Shown: one piece after another, positions 8,182-16,383 of the stretch
Numbering within the stretch: the stretch's first letter is position 1
How the letters are laid out: each line of letters opens with the position of its first letter
Source: an uncultured Aurantimicrobium sp.
Lineage (GTDB): Bacteria; Actinomycetota; Actinomycetes; Actinomycetales; Microbacteriaceae
Assembly (NCBI RefSeq): GCF_936931525.1
Contig: NZ_CAKZII010000081.1
Location: 1-56,303, forward strand
Length of the DNA: 56,303 nucleotides
Direction of reading: 5' to 3'
Notes under the pieces: generated by a model
Databases searched by the model: none
What the model was told of the DNA's origin: nothing
The model's input: only the letters and a program-made list of their open reading frames with translations
Translations under genes and position numbers: made by a program

Positions 8182-9240
8182 CTAGCGTGCGCCTGCCGAA
8201 ACACCAGCCTGTACAGAGGCGATGTTTGCTTCGGTTACCAGTGCAGGACCGGTCAGGAAGACGCGCTCAGCTGGCAGGATGCCGTACTGAACGTACTGCC
8301 ATGCCATCGAGGTTGCCATGTATCCCTGGAGGAATGGCTGCTGGTCAATACCGAACAGCTGAGTTCCGTCAGCGATACGTGCAAGCACGTTCTCCGAGAG
8401 GTCGAAGGTGCCGAGGAGGACCTTGCCGGTCTGGCCAGCCTGCTCGATACCGGATGCAGCTGCGTCAGAGTCCTGCGCACCAATGGTGAGAACACCATCG
8501 ATGGTGGGGTCTGCAACAAGTGCACCCTTTACTGCCTGTGCAATTGCAGCAGGGTCACCGAAGGAGGATGCGGGGAGAGGAAGCTGAGTTCCTACGCCAC
8601 CGTTTGCAGCCATACCTTCAGCAAGACCCTGGCAACGGGTTTCCTGGTTTACAGAACCTGGAGTGGTGTTGACACAGATAACGTTCTTTGCACCCTGCTC
8701 AGCGAAGTACTCGCCACCGGCAGTACCAGCGATGAGTTCGTCAGAGCCGATGTACATCTGTGCACCAGTGTTCTCCATAGCGGTTACGCCACCAGCGTTG
8801 TAGATGAAGACAGCAATACCGGCTGCAACTGCATCCTTGATTGCGGGATCTTCAGCCTCAGGAACCCAGTCAGCGATGACGATTGCGTCAACACCCAGGC
8901 CGATTGCGTTACGAACCAGGTCACCTGCGTCAGGGCCGAGGTTTTCGTAGCTCTTGAGAGGCAACCAGGTAACTTCGCCACCAGCGCCCTGAACAGCAAG
9001 GCCAGCAGCCTCTACACCGTTCTTGACAGTGGTCCAGAAGCCATCGCTAGCCATACCACCGATAACAGCAACCTTTGCTCCACCAGTCTTGGTTTCGCTT
9101 GAGCTGCTGCTGTCGTCAGCTGCAGGAGCTGCACAGCCAGCGAACAGCAGTGATGCTGCAATTGCTACTGGAAGAGCCTTAACAAGGCCCGACACGCGAC
9201 GCTTCTTTGCGCCTGTGATGGAAGAGATCATCTTTTCCAT
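8182..9240 (-). CDS. Sugar ABC substrate-binding lipoprotein (RbsB-like), probably inositol/cyclitol
   Basis: Lipobox LLFAGC, DGFWTTVKNG, IDQQPFLQGY. Strong GGAAAGGA SD. Confidence 0.92.
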   Translation of the reverse strand: MEKMISSITGAKKRRVSGLVKALPVAIAASLLFAGCAAPAADDSSSSSETKTGGAKVAVIGGMASDGFWTTVKNGVEAAGLAVQGAGGEVTWLPLKSYENLGPDAGDLVRNAIGLGVDAIVIADWVPEAEDPAIKDAVAAGIAVFIYNAGGVTAMENTGAQMYIGSDELIAGTAGGEYFAEQGAKNVICVNTTPGSVNQETRCQGLAEGMAANGGVGTQLPLPASSFGDPAAIAQAVKGALVADPTIDGVLTIGAQDSDAAASGIEQAGQTGKVLLGTFDLSENVLARIADGTQLFGIDQQPFLQGYMATSMAWQYVQYGILPAERVFLTGPALVTEANIASVQAGVSAGAR

Positions 9241-9359
9241 TTCCTTTCCTTCTTTGTGATTGCGTTCCCCGTCACGGTGACTGAGACGCTCCTAAAAACC
9301 AATGGTGTACTGGTTGTCAGGTTGGCCCGATACAAGTACCGAGTCAATTCTTTGTTGAG

Positions 9360-10367
9360 TTATTCCGGCTTGATACCGGCGATATCTGCAGCTTCGAGAA
9401 GAACCTTGGCTGCAAATTCCAGACCCTCGATGCGTCCGAGGGAAGTATCTTCGTGCTCGATAATCACGAACATGTTGGGGTCAACTTCGTAGAGAGCTTT
9501 GAGGAACTCTGCCCAGTACTGAGCGTCGTGTCCCTTGCCCACAGCAACGAAGTCCCATGCGGCAGGCTTAGGCCATTCGTTAGCCCATTCGTCGCCACCC
9601 AGGTTGGTGCGAGGCTCGTCAGCGCCCAAACGGCGGAAGCTGTTGTCGAGAACACCTTCGATTGCTGCGTGGGGGTTGACGCGAACGTCCTTAGCTGCCG
9701 AGTGGAATACGAGAGGACCGAGGTTGCGAACAACAGCTACGGGATCCATCTGCTGCCAGAACAGGTGAGAAGCGTCCAGCTCAACACCGATGTTGGTCAC
9801 ACCAGTGCGCTTGACGAGTTCACGCATGCTTGCGGGGTTGAAAACCAAGTTCTGTGGGTGCAGCTCAAGAGCTACCTTCACGTCAAGGTCACGAGCGAGC
9901 TTGTCGACCTCGGTCCAGTAGGCGCCAGCGACGCCCCACTGGTACTCGAGCACGTCAAGTGCATCTGAGTTCCAAGCGTTGACAATCCAGTTCGCGTGCT
10001 TGGAACCTGCTTCACCGCCGGGCAGACCTGACATAGTGACAACGCGGTTCTGGCCGAGACGGTGAGCCAGACGGATAGAACGCTTGACGTCTTCCCCGTG
10101 CTTGTCACCAATGACGGCGTTGGGGTGAAGAGGGTTACCGTTGCAGTTCAAACCACCGATAACAACGCCGGTGCCTTCGAACAGAGCCAGGAAATCATCA
10201 CGGGCAGCATCGCTGACCAGGATGTCATCCATAGTGGGTACGTGAGTTGCTGGCAAGAATCCACCAGTGTTGATTTCAATTGCTCCGAGACCGAGGTCAG
10301 AGATGACCTTGAGTGCTTCGGGAAGTGAGCGATCGTGAAGGATCGCGTTGTAGACGCCGAGTTTCAA
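9360..10367 (-). CDS. Xylose-isomerase-like TIM barrel protein (sugar phosphate isomerase/epimerase family)
   Basis: Metal-binding pattern ALELHP...ELDASH...HSAAKD...IIEHED. TTG start with AGAGAG SD. From memory it resembles C. glutamicum Cg3390 of the second iol cluster. Confidence 0.88.
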   Translation of the reverse strand: MKLGVYNAILHDRSLPEALKVISDLGLGAIEINTGGFLPATHVPTMDDILVSDAARDDFLALFEGTGVVIGGLNCNGNPLHPNAVIGDKHGEDVKRSIRLAHRLGQNRVVTMSGLPGGEAGSKHANWIVNAWNSDALDVLEYQWGVAGAYWTEVDKLARDLDVKVALELHPQNLVFNPASMRELVKRTGVTNIGVELDASHLFWQQMDPVAVVRNLGPLVFHSAAKDVRVNPHAAIEGVLDNSFRRLGADEPRTNLGGDEWANEWPKPAAWDFVAVGKGHDAQYWAEFLKALYEVDPNMFVIIEHEDTSLGRIEGLEFAAKVLLEAADIAGIKPE

Positions 10368-10382
10368 CGTAGTTCTCTCTTC

Positions 10383-11588
10383 TTAGTAGTGCAGGTAGGA
10401 GGGGTCAGCCGCTGGAACGTCTACTGACGAACCATTGAGGTTGTAGGACTCAATGACTGAGCCGATAACTTCCATGTTGTGGAGGCCATCTTCGAAGCTG
10501 GGGCAGTAAGGCAGAGCAGGAGTCGAAGGCAAGCCAGCAACTTCCTGAAGGAATGCGCGGTTCTGGAAGAAGAACTGATCGTTCTGGCCAACACCAACAC
10601 CGGGAGCGTCAACGGGGACACCGCCAGCGATGTAGGGGTGATCAGGACCAACCTGGACTGTGCGGTAACCGCGCTCGCCGTAGGGGCCTTCGTTGAACAT
10701 GAGCTGGAACTCACCATTACGACGCTGGTCGAAAACTGCAGCGCCCTTTTCGCAGAAAACCTCGAACTTGAGGCTGGTGGGGTGACCAGCAGCAACACGA
10801 GAAACCTCGATTACACCGGGTACGCCACCGAAGTCAACGGAGAAGCCTGCGTAGTCATCGTTTTCTACTGCATCCATCTCACCGGTCACAGCTGCGAGGC
10901 CGTGACCCATGACTGCACCAGTTGCGACGGGGCGCTCGGTGATGGAGGTGACGAAACGTGCACCAGAAACTGCCTTGAAGGGCTTGCCTACGATGAATTC
11001 GGAGACGTAGGAGATGTGGCTTCCGACGTCAGCGAGTGCACCAGTTCCCTGAGCACCCTTGTAGCGCCATGAGATAGGTGCGTTGGGGTCTGAGGAGTAG
11101 TCAGCCCAGTACTGGCCGCTGAAGTGGAGGACCTTGCCGAGCTTGCCGGACTGGATCAAATTGCGGATAGCCGCGATTGCAGGGTTGCGCAGGAAGGTGA
11201 GACCAACACGTGCGGTGGTCGATGCGCGGTTTGCAGCAGCGATCATGGCCTGGGCGTCTTCGAGGGTGTCACTCAGGGGCTTCTCACACAGAACGTGCTT
11301 GCCCGCGTCGAGGAGACCTTCAACGATTTCGCGGTGCAGGTGGTTTGCCACAACAACGCTGACAGCGTTGATGTTGGGGTCATCTGCAATGGCACGCCAG
11401 TCAGTGTCAGTGCGCTCGTAACCGAAGCGGTCTGCAGCCATCTTGCCAAAGGTGGGGTTTACATCACCGATGGAGACAAGCTTGATTTCAGGAAGGTCTG
11501 AACCGTAAAGAGAAGTTGCTGCACGGTAAGCGGCTGCGTGAGCACGTCCTGCCATTCCTGCACCGATTACTGCGACACCGATTGTCAT
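10383..11588 (-). CDS. Gfo/Idh/MocA oxidoreductase (OxiC / levoglucosan-dehydrogenase-like clade)
   Basis: GAGMAGRAH Rossmann start, CEKP, ISWRY, GALADVGSH. ATG 11588 with AAAGGAGA SD. Confidence 0.9.
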   Translation of the reverse strand: MTIGVAVIGAGMAGRAHAAAYRAATSLYGSDLPEIKLVSIGDVNPTFGKMAADRFGYERTDTDWRAIADDPNINAVSVVVANHLHREIVEGLLDAGKHVLCEKPLSDTLEDAQAMIAAANRASTTARVGLTFLRNPAIAAIRNLIQSGKLGKVLHFSGQYWADYSSDPNAPISWRYKGAQGTGALADVGSHISYVSEFIVGKPFKAVSGARFVTSITERPVATGAVMGHGLAAVTGEMDAVENDDYAGFSVDFGGVPGVIEVSRVAAGHPTSLKFEVFCEKGAAVFDQRRNGEFQLMFNEGPYGERGYRTVQVGPDHPYIAGGVPVDAPGVGVGQNDQFFFQNRAFLQEVAGLPSTPALPYCPSFEDGLHNMEVIGSVIESYNLNGSSVDVPAADPSYLHY

Positions 11589-11653
11589 CTGACTAAATCT
11601 CCTTTGATTTGTGCTCTGAGTTATGAGCTGATCTTCCTGAAAAAGATCGAATA

Positions 11654-11667
11654 TTAGAACGCTCCAA
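11654..11667. promoter_or_regulatory. LacI-type operator candidate
   Basis: TTAGAACGCTCCAA, a dyad centred on CG. A second copy lies at 16271-16284. Confidence 0.55.
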
Positions 11668-11715
11668 AAACTACCAGTCAAAAATGAATTTCGACCCGTT
11701 GTTTATCGTATTGTT

Positions 11716-11744
11716 ATTTTGTCCTTACAAAGTCACAATGTCAA
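11716..11744 (-). promoter_or_regulatory. SigA-type promoter with IolR-like box in the spacer
   Basis: Minus strand TTGACA-N17-CAAAAT. TGTCCTTACA (11720-11729) overlaps the spacer and -10. Confidence 0.7.
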
Positions 11745-11889
11745 GTGCGTACGAAATTTCGGCATTTTGTATTCAGATTTCGACAGAAATCGTTGAATTA
11801 ACAAGGATTTTCGACTGAAATCACTGCAATTGTGATTGCTCTTTCTGAAACAGAAAATGTTAAGTTGTCCGACTTTGTTTGCTGAATTG

Positions 11890-13101
11890 TTACTTTGTCA
11901 CCGCAGCAGTGGATCCAGAAACAGGTGCAACCTTGTGCCAACGCTCGTCTTCGGCAGAGGCCAAAGCAGCGTCCACAACACGTGAAGCAGCTACAGCATC
12001 ATGGATGTTCGAATTGAGATGTTCACGCCCGAGATAGCTTTGAACAAACTTCTTAGCTTCAATGATTTTGAGATCGTCAAAGCCCATCGATGTCCCTGCA
12101 CCTGGCTGGAAATGTCCAAAGTCACCAAACGAGGGACCTGCCATGATGCGCTGGTACCCAACTCGGACAGGGTCTCCCCCGATAGCAAGCTCGAGTTCGT
12201 TCAGACGTTCAAAGTCCCACTTGAGCGATCCGTTAGTGCCATAAATTTCGAGGTCATAGGACGCACGCTTTCCAACGGTCACTCGTGAAGCTTCCAAGGT
12301 GCCCAGCGCACCAGAGGCAACTGCGTCGGTACGGAGCTGAACCAGCATGGCAACGTAGTCTTCATTCTCCACGTCGCCGAGTTCTCCCCCTTCAACGAGG
12401 TCAAAGTGGGTACCCCCACCCGGTGCTGGGATGGGGCGCTGGGGGTGCACCGTTGACGTAGCAGCACTGACCCGATCGATGGGGCCCAAGATGTAGTGAA
12501 CGAGATCAACCAAGTGCCCTACGAGGTCTCCGGAAACACCACTACCCGCCATCTCTTTGATGAAGCGCCATGACAGAGCTCCGCGGGGGTCAGAAGAGTA
12601 GTCGGCAAAGAATGTGCCACGGAAGTTTGTAATTCGACCGAGTTCTCCGGAAGCGATGATCTGCTTGGCATACTCCAACGCAGGGGCATGCCGGTAGTTG
12701 AACCCGATAGATGTGGTTACGCCAGTTTCCTGGACTGCCGCTTCAACAGATTCAGTGTCTGCGGCATGACGACCCACAGGCTTTTCGATCCAGAATGACT
12801 TACCAGCCTTTGCTGCCGCGATGCCAATCTCTGCGTGCAGGAAGTTGGGCGCACAAATGGAGACAACATCCACGTCAGTGCGAGCAAGCACCTCGTGATA
12901 ATCACCGGTAGCCTCAGCGAAGCCGAGCACATCACGAGCGTAATCTTGGCGGTCTGGCACAGGATCTGCTGCAATGACGAGCTCAGGCTTAATACCCAGC
13001 TCGGGATAGAACACAGGAAGTGCTTGATACGCGCGCGTATGTACCTTGCCCATCCAGCCAACAGAGATAAGTCCTACGCCGAGACGCTGTGATGTTGTCA
13101 T
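11890..13101 (-). CDS. Gfo/Idh/MocA oxidoreductase, scyllo-inositol/L-glucose dehydrogenase-like
   Basis: SVGWMGKVH, WIEKP, LSWRF, GDLVGH. C-terminal FQPGAGTSMGFDDLKIIEA resembles Paracoccus LgdA-type enzymes (from memory). ATG 13101 with AAGGA SD. Confidence 0.88.
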   Translation of the reverse strand: MTTSQRLGVGLISVGWMGKVHTRAYQALPVFYPELGIKPELVIAADPVPDRQDYARDVLGFAEATGDYHEVLARTDVDVVSICAPNFLHAEIGIAAAKAGKSFWIEKPVGRHAADTESVEAAVQETGVTTSIGFNYRHAPALEYAKQIIASGELGRITNFRGTFFADYSSDPRGALSWRFIKEMAGSGVSGDLVGHLVDLVHYILGPIDRVSAATSTVHPQRPIPAPGGGTHFDLVEGGELGDVENEDYVAMLVQLRTDAVASGALGTLEASRVTVGKRASYDLEIYGTNGSLKWDFERLNELELAIGGDPVRVGYQRIMAGPSFGDFGHFQPGAGTSMGFDDLKIIEAKKFVQSYLGREHLNSNIHDAVAASRVVDAALASAEDERWHKVAPVSGSTAAVTK

Positions 13102-13243
13102 GAGATGTCCTTGAAAAAAGGCAATCAGGAATGTGGACAGGGTGTCTTCATTGACCTCGTGCAATTGCCGGAGCTTGTTTACATAGTAATCACTGTTGAG
13201 AAATTTGTTCTAATGTCCTTACCTATTCACTAGGCTAATTCTC

Positions 13244-14269
13244 ATGAGCGTCCTCCCCCAGCCCAACATCATCGACCCCACCTCCGTGCCCAGCCTGCGC
13301 TGGGGAATCTTGGGAGCAGGTGGGATTGCTCGCACCTGGGCAGGAACTGTCCTCACCAACACGTCACAGCAGATTGTCGCTGTTGCCTCGCGCACCCCGG
13401 GTAAAGCTGAAGAATTCGCCCATGATCTGGGCCTAGAGCGCGCCTACAACTCCTACGACGAACTCGTAGGTCAAGCAGACATTGATGCGATCTACATTGC
13501 CTCATATCCTTCTGACCACAAGGAACACGCATTACTTGCTATTGCCGCAGGCAAGCACGTCCTCATTGAGAAGCCCACCACCATGAACTCCAGAGATGCG
13601 GCAGCAATCTTTGAGGCGTCCACAGCGGCAGGTGTTTTTGCCATGGAAGCCATGTGGACCAGGTACCTCCCCCAGTTCGACATCGCACGTCAGCTACTTG
13701 CCGATGGTGCTCTTGGAGAGCTTGATTTATTGGTAGCCACTTTCTGTCAGGACAATCGTCACCTCGAAAGAATGTGGACTAAAGGCGGCGGTTCACCGGT
13801 CTTCGATATGGGCATTTACCCCATCGCTTTTGCCCAGATGTTCCTCGGGAACCCCACGAACATCACGGCGTTTGGCGTTGTGCGCGAAGACCTCATCGAA
13901 GAAGAAGCGCATGTGTTGATGAGTTACGACGACACTCCAGCGCGCACCAACTTCATTGTCTCTGGCCGCACAGCGCTCCCCCATACCGGCGCTGTATCAG
14001 GCTCCAAGGGCGCATTGAACTTCGGTACTCCCTTCGTTGTTCCCTCTTCTATTACTCTGCTCAACACTGAGTTCAACGACACCGGAGTGACCTGGACTGA
14101 CAACACCGGCATCGTGGGCCACCAAGGACTGTGTTACCAGGTGAACTACTTCGCCCAGTACGTGGGTGAAGGTCTCCTTGAATCTCCGCTCCACACCCAC
14201 GACGACGTCGTCACCAACATCGCTGTTGCAGAAGAAATCATCGACATCATTGGCGCTAACCCTCACTAA
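13244..14269 (+). CDS. Gfo/Idh/MocA oxidoreductase (dihydrodiol/D-xylose dehydrogenase-like clade)
   Basis: LRWGILGAGGIA, IEKP, MEAMWTRYLP, DMGIYP. TAGGCT lies 7 nt before the ATG. Confidence 0.9.
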   Translation: MSVLPQPNIIDPTSVPSLRWGILGAGGIARTWAGTVLTNTSQQIVAVASRTPGKAEEFAHDLGLERAYNSYDELVGQADIDAIYIASYPSDHKEHALLAIAAGKHVLIEKPTTMNSRDAAAIFEASTAAGVFAMEAMWTRYLPQFDIARQLLADGALGELDLLVATFCQDNRHLERMWTKGGGSPVFDMGIYPIAFAQMFLGNPTNITAFGVVREDLIEEEAHVLMSYDDTPARTNFIVSGRTALPHTGAVSGSKGALNFGTPFVVPSSITLLNTEFNDTGVTWTDNTGIVGHQGLCYQVNYFAQYVGEGLLESPLHTHDDVVTNIAVAEEIIDIIGANPH

Positions 14270-14288
14270 ATACTTCTAAGGACCTGTT

Positions 14289-15065
14289 ATGACGAGCTAC
14301 CGCCTCGCTGCCTCTGCCGAAATGCTCTTTACCGAGCTTCCCTTTGTTGAGCGCGTGCAGCACATCCACAACCGTGGTTTTGAAGTAGAGATCTGGGATT
14401 GGACCACCAAGGACCTCCCCGCGCTTGCCGCTACTGGCGCAACCTTTTCGAGCATGACGGGCTATATCGAGGGCGACCTTCTCGAAGAGGATGGCATCGC
14501 TCGTCTCCTGGAGACAGCATTGCTGTCGCTGGAGGCATCGACCATCATTGACGCGCCTCGTCTGAATCTCCATGGCACCGGTCTTGATTCCAATGGACAA
14601 AGTATTCGCAAGCGTGAAAGTGTGACTGCGGCTGAATGGTCAACCGCTCGTGACACCTTGGCTAAGTTGGCAGAACTTGGCGAGAAGCACGGCAAGCAGT
14701 TCACCCTTGAAAACCTCAACCTTGCCGTGGATCACCCCGGGACACCATTCGCTCGAGCTGAAGACACCATTGCCTTAGTCGAAGCAGTGAACAGCCCCCA
14801 CTTGGCATTGAACCTTGATCTGTATCACGCTCAAATTGGCGAAGGTAATCTCGCCGAGCTCGTGCGGAGCGCATTCCCCCTGATCGGGGAAATCCAGGTC
14901 GCAGACGTTCCTGGACGTTGCGAACCTGGCACAGGCGAAATCAACTACCGCCGCATAGCTGCAGAACTCAAGGCTCTGGGCTACACCGGCGTTGTCGGCC
15001 TCGAGGGCTGGGCGTCAGGAGATTCTGACGCGGCTCTGGATGCTTTCGCTGATTTCTTCGCGTGA
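14289..15065 (+). CDS. Hydroxypyruvate isomerase-family TIM barrel, candidate inosose isomerase
   Basis: AEMLFTELPF, LENLN...DHPG, LDLYHAQIGEGN, QVADVPGRCEPGTGEINY. Confidence 0.85.
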   Translation: MTSYRLAASAEMLFTELPFVERVQHIHNRGFEVEIWDWTTKDLPALAATGATFSSMTGYIEGDLLEEDGIARLLETALLSLEASTIIDAPRLNLHGTGLDSNGQSIRKRESVTAAEWSTARDTLAKLAELGEKHGKQFTLENLNLAVDHPGTPFARAEDTIALVEAVNSPHLALNLDLYHAQIGEGNLAELVRSAFPLIGEIQVADVPGRCEPGTGEINYRRIAAELKALGYTGVVGLEGWASGDSDAALDAFADFFA

Positions 15066-15066
15066 T

Positions 15067-16065
15067 TTAGAGCTTGACTGCTTTACCTGTCTGAGCTGAT
15101 TCCAGAGCAGCGTTAGCCAGCACGAGAGCGGCACGACCGTCTTCGTAGTTCGGGTTAATGGCCTTACCTGAACGAATGCTGGTGGCGAAGTCTGCTAACT
15201 CGTTCTGGTAGCTCAACGCATAACGCTCCAGGAAGAAGTTGAAGTAGGGCTCGCGCACCTCAACGGCCTCTGCTGTGTGAAGTTGAACTGAGGTGGGGGT
15301 GAGGTTGGAAGCCGTGAGCATGCCGAGGCTTCCGAAAGCTTCGAGACGCTGGTCATAGCCGAAGGATGCGTGACGTGAGTTCACAATGGTGACCAGCTCG
15401 TTGTTAGCTCCACGAAGGGTGACAGCGACACTGTCATAGTCCCCTTCTTCAGCGATGTAGTCGCAGAAGGCGTTCGTGCCCGTTGCACTGACCTCAACAA
15501 TGTTGGGGACGAAGAAACGGGCCATGTCGAAGTCGTGAATGGTCATGTCGCGGAAAATACCGCCACTGACATGGATGTATTCCTGTGGCGCGGGTGCTGG
15601 GTCGCGGCTGATGATGATGAGCTGCTCGAGGGTACCGATTTCGCCTGCAGCAACACGGGCTTGGATTTGGTTGAAACCGGGGTCGAAACGACGGTTGAAA
15701 CCGATGGCAATAAGAGTTTTGGCTTTGGATGCTTTCTCGCGAAGCGCATCGACGCGCTCGATGTCGAGGTCAATGGGCTTCTCGCACAGAACGTGGAGTC
15801 CCAGGTCGATAGCACGCTCAATCAAACCCACGTGAGTCGGAGTGGGAGCGGCGACCAGAATGGCATCCACTTCCCCACTGTTGAGGAGAACTTCGGGGTC
15901 ATCGGTGATCTTGCCACCATAAAGGCTCTGGATGTTCTCTGCACCCGCAATGAAGGTGTCACACGTGTAGGTCAACTCAAAATCATTCGAGCGATCAATT
16001 GTTGCTGCGTGGACCTGGCCAATACGGCCGGTGCCAATCAAACCAATGCGGATGGGAGAAGTCAT
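15067..16065 (-). CDS. iolG: myo-inositol 2-dehydrogenase (IdhA/OxiD type)
   Basis: GTGRIGQVH, CEKP, GFNRRFDP, SRDP, SGGIFRDMTIHDFD, YGYDQR-like FGYDQRLEAFG. ATG 16065 with AGGA SD. Confidence 0.9.
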   Translation of the reverse strand: MTSPIRIGLIGTGRIGQVHAATIDRSNDFELTYTCDTFIAGAENIQSLYGGKITDDPEVLLNSGEVDAILVAAPTPTHVGLIERAIDLGLHVLCEKPIDLDIERVDALREKASKAKTLIAIGFNRRFDPGFNQIQARVAAGEIGTLEQLIIISRDPAPAPQEYIHVSGGIFRDMTIHDFDMARFFVPNIVEVSATGTNAFCDYIAEEGDYDSVAVTLRGANNELVTIVNSRHASFGYDQRLEAFGSLGMLTASNLTPTSVQLHTAEAVEVREPYFNFFLERYALSYQNELADFATSIRSGKAINPNYEDGRAALVLANAALESAQTGKAVKL

Positions 16066-16159
16066 CGTTGAGTTCCTGTCATGAAGATGTTTGTTACAAC
16101 ATACTCTCAAAGTCTTAATGTTTCCACCCAGGCAAGAGCACGCGAAAGATAAGGGGATT

Positions 16160-16295
16160 AAGCAACAAAACCCGAGCAAATGCTCGGGCTCTGTTGTTCC
16201 CTCCCTCGGGAGTTTTGACTCAAAACTCCGTTGGAACTTGCGGATATAAGTTGAGCGTCGACCTGGAGGCATGGACCGCTCCAACTGATCCTGGA
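16160..16295 (-). ncRNA. Candidate sRNA or attenuating leader RNA (three hairpins ending in a terminator)
   Basis: Stems at 16249-16257/16277-16286, 16209-16217/16221-16229 and 16163-16196. The last has a U-rich 3' arm and G-U pairs only in the minus orientation. A promoter lies directly upstream. Confidence 0.55.
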
Positions 16296-16298
16296 TAC

Positions 16299-16328
16299 AA
16301 ACTATATGCTAAGACTTTGTTAAGTCAA
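16299..16328 (-). promoter_or_regulatory. SigA-type promoter overlapped by an IolR-type box
   Basis: Minus strand TTGACT-N16-TATAGT (or N18-TAGTTT). TGACTTAACA (16318-16327) is an exact KGWCHTRACA match over the -35. Confidence 0.6.
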
Positions 16329-16383
16329 TATGAGAAAGTAACTTCTCTTCGCCAATCATTTCCTAAAGTGAGAGAGTTAACAA

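Noticed and set aside
9271-9339. Imperfect hairpin, GTCAC-G-GTGAC dyad and weak LacI-like TGAGACGCTCCT upstream of the inositol SBP
   Set aside because: Pairing and motif match are too weak to call a terminator or operator without comparative data.
16066-16284. 73-codon N-terminal extension of iolG given by the ORF track (405 aa)
   Set aside because: The family fold begins at MTSPIRIGLIG (16065), which has its own SD. The extension crosses a terminator and promoter and is not protein-like. It is kept only as a possible regulatory uORF in the RNA finding.
16108-16319. 10-bp inverted repeat CAAAGTCTTA / TAAGACTTTG bracketing the RNA element (MITE or invertible switch?)
   Set aside because: No target-site duplication and no recombinase nearby. 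CAAAGTC also recurs beside other IolR-type boxes (11727, 11871), so it is better explained as regulator-site sequence.
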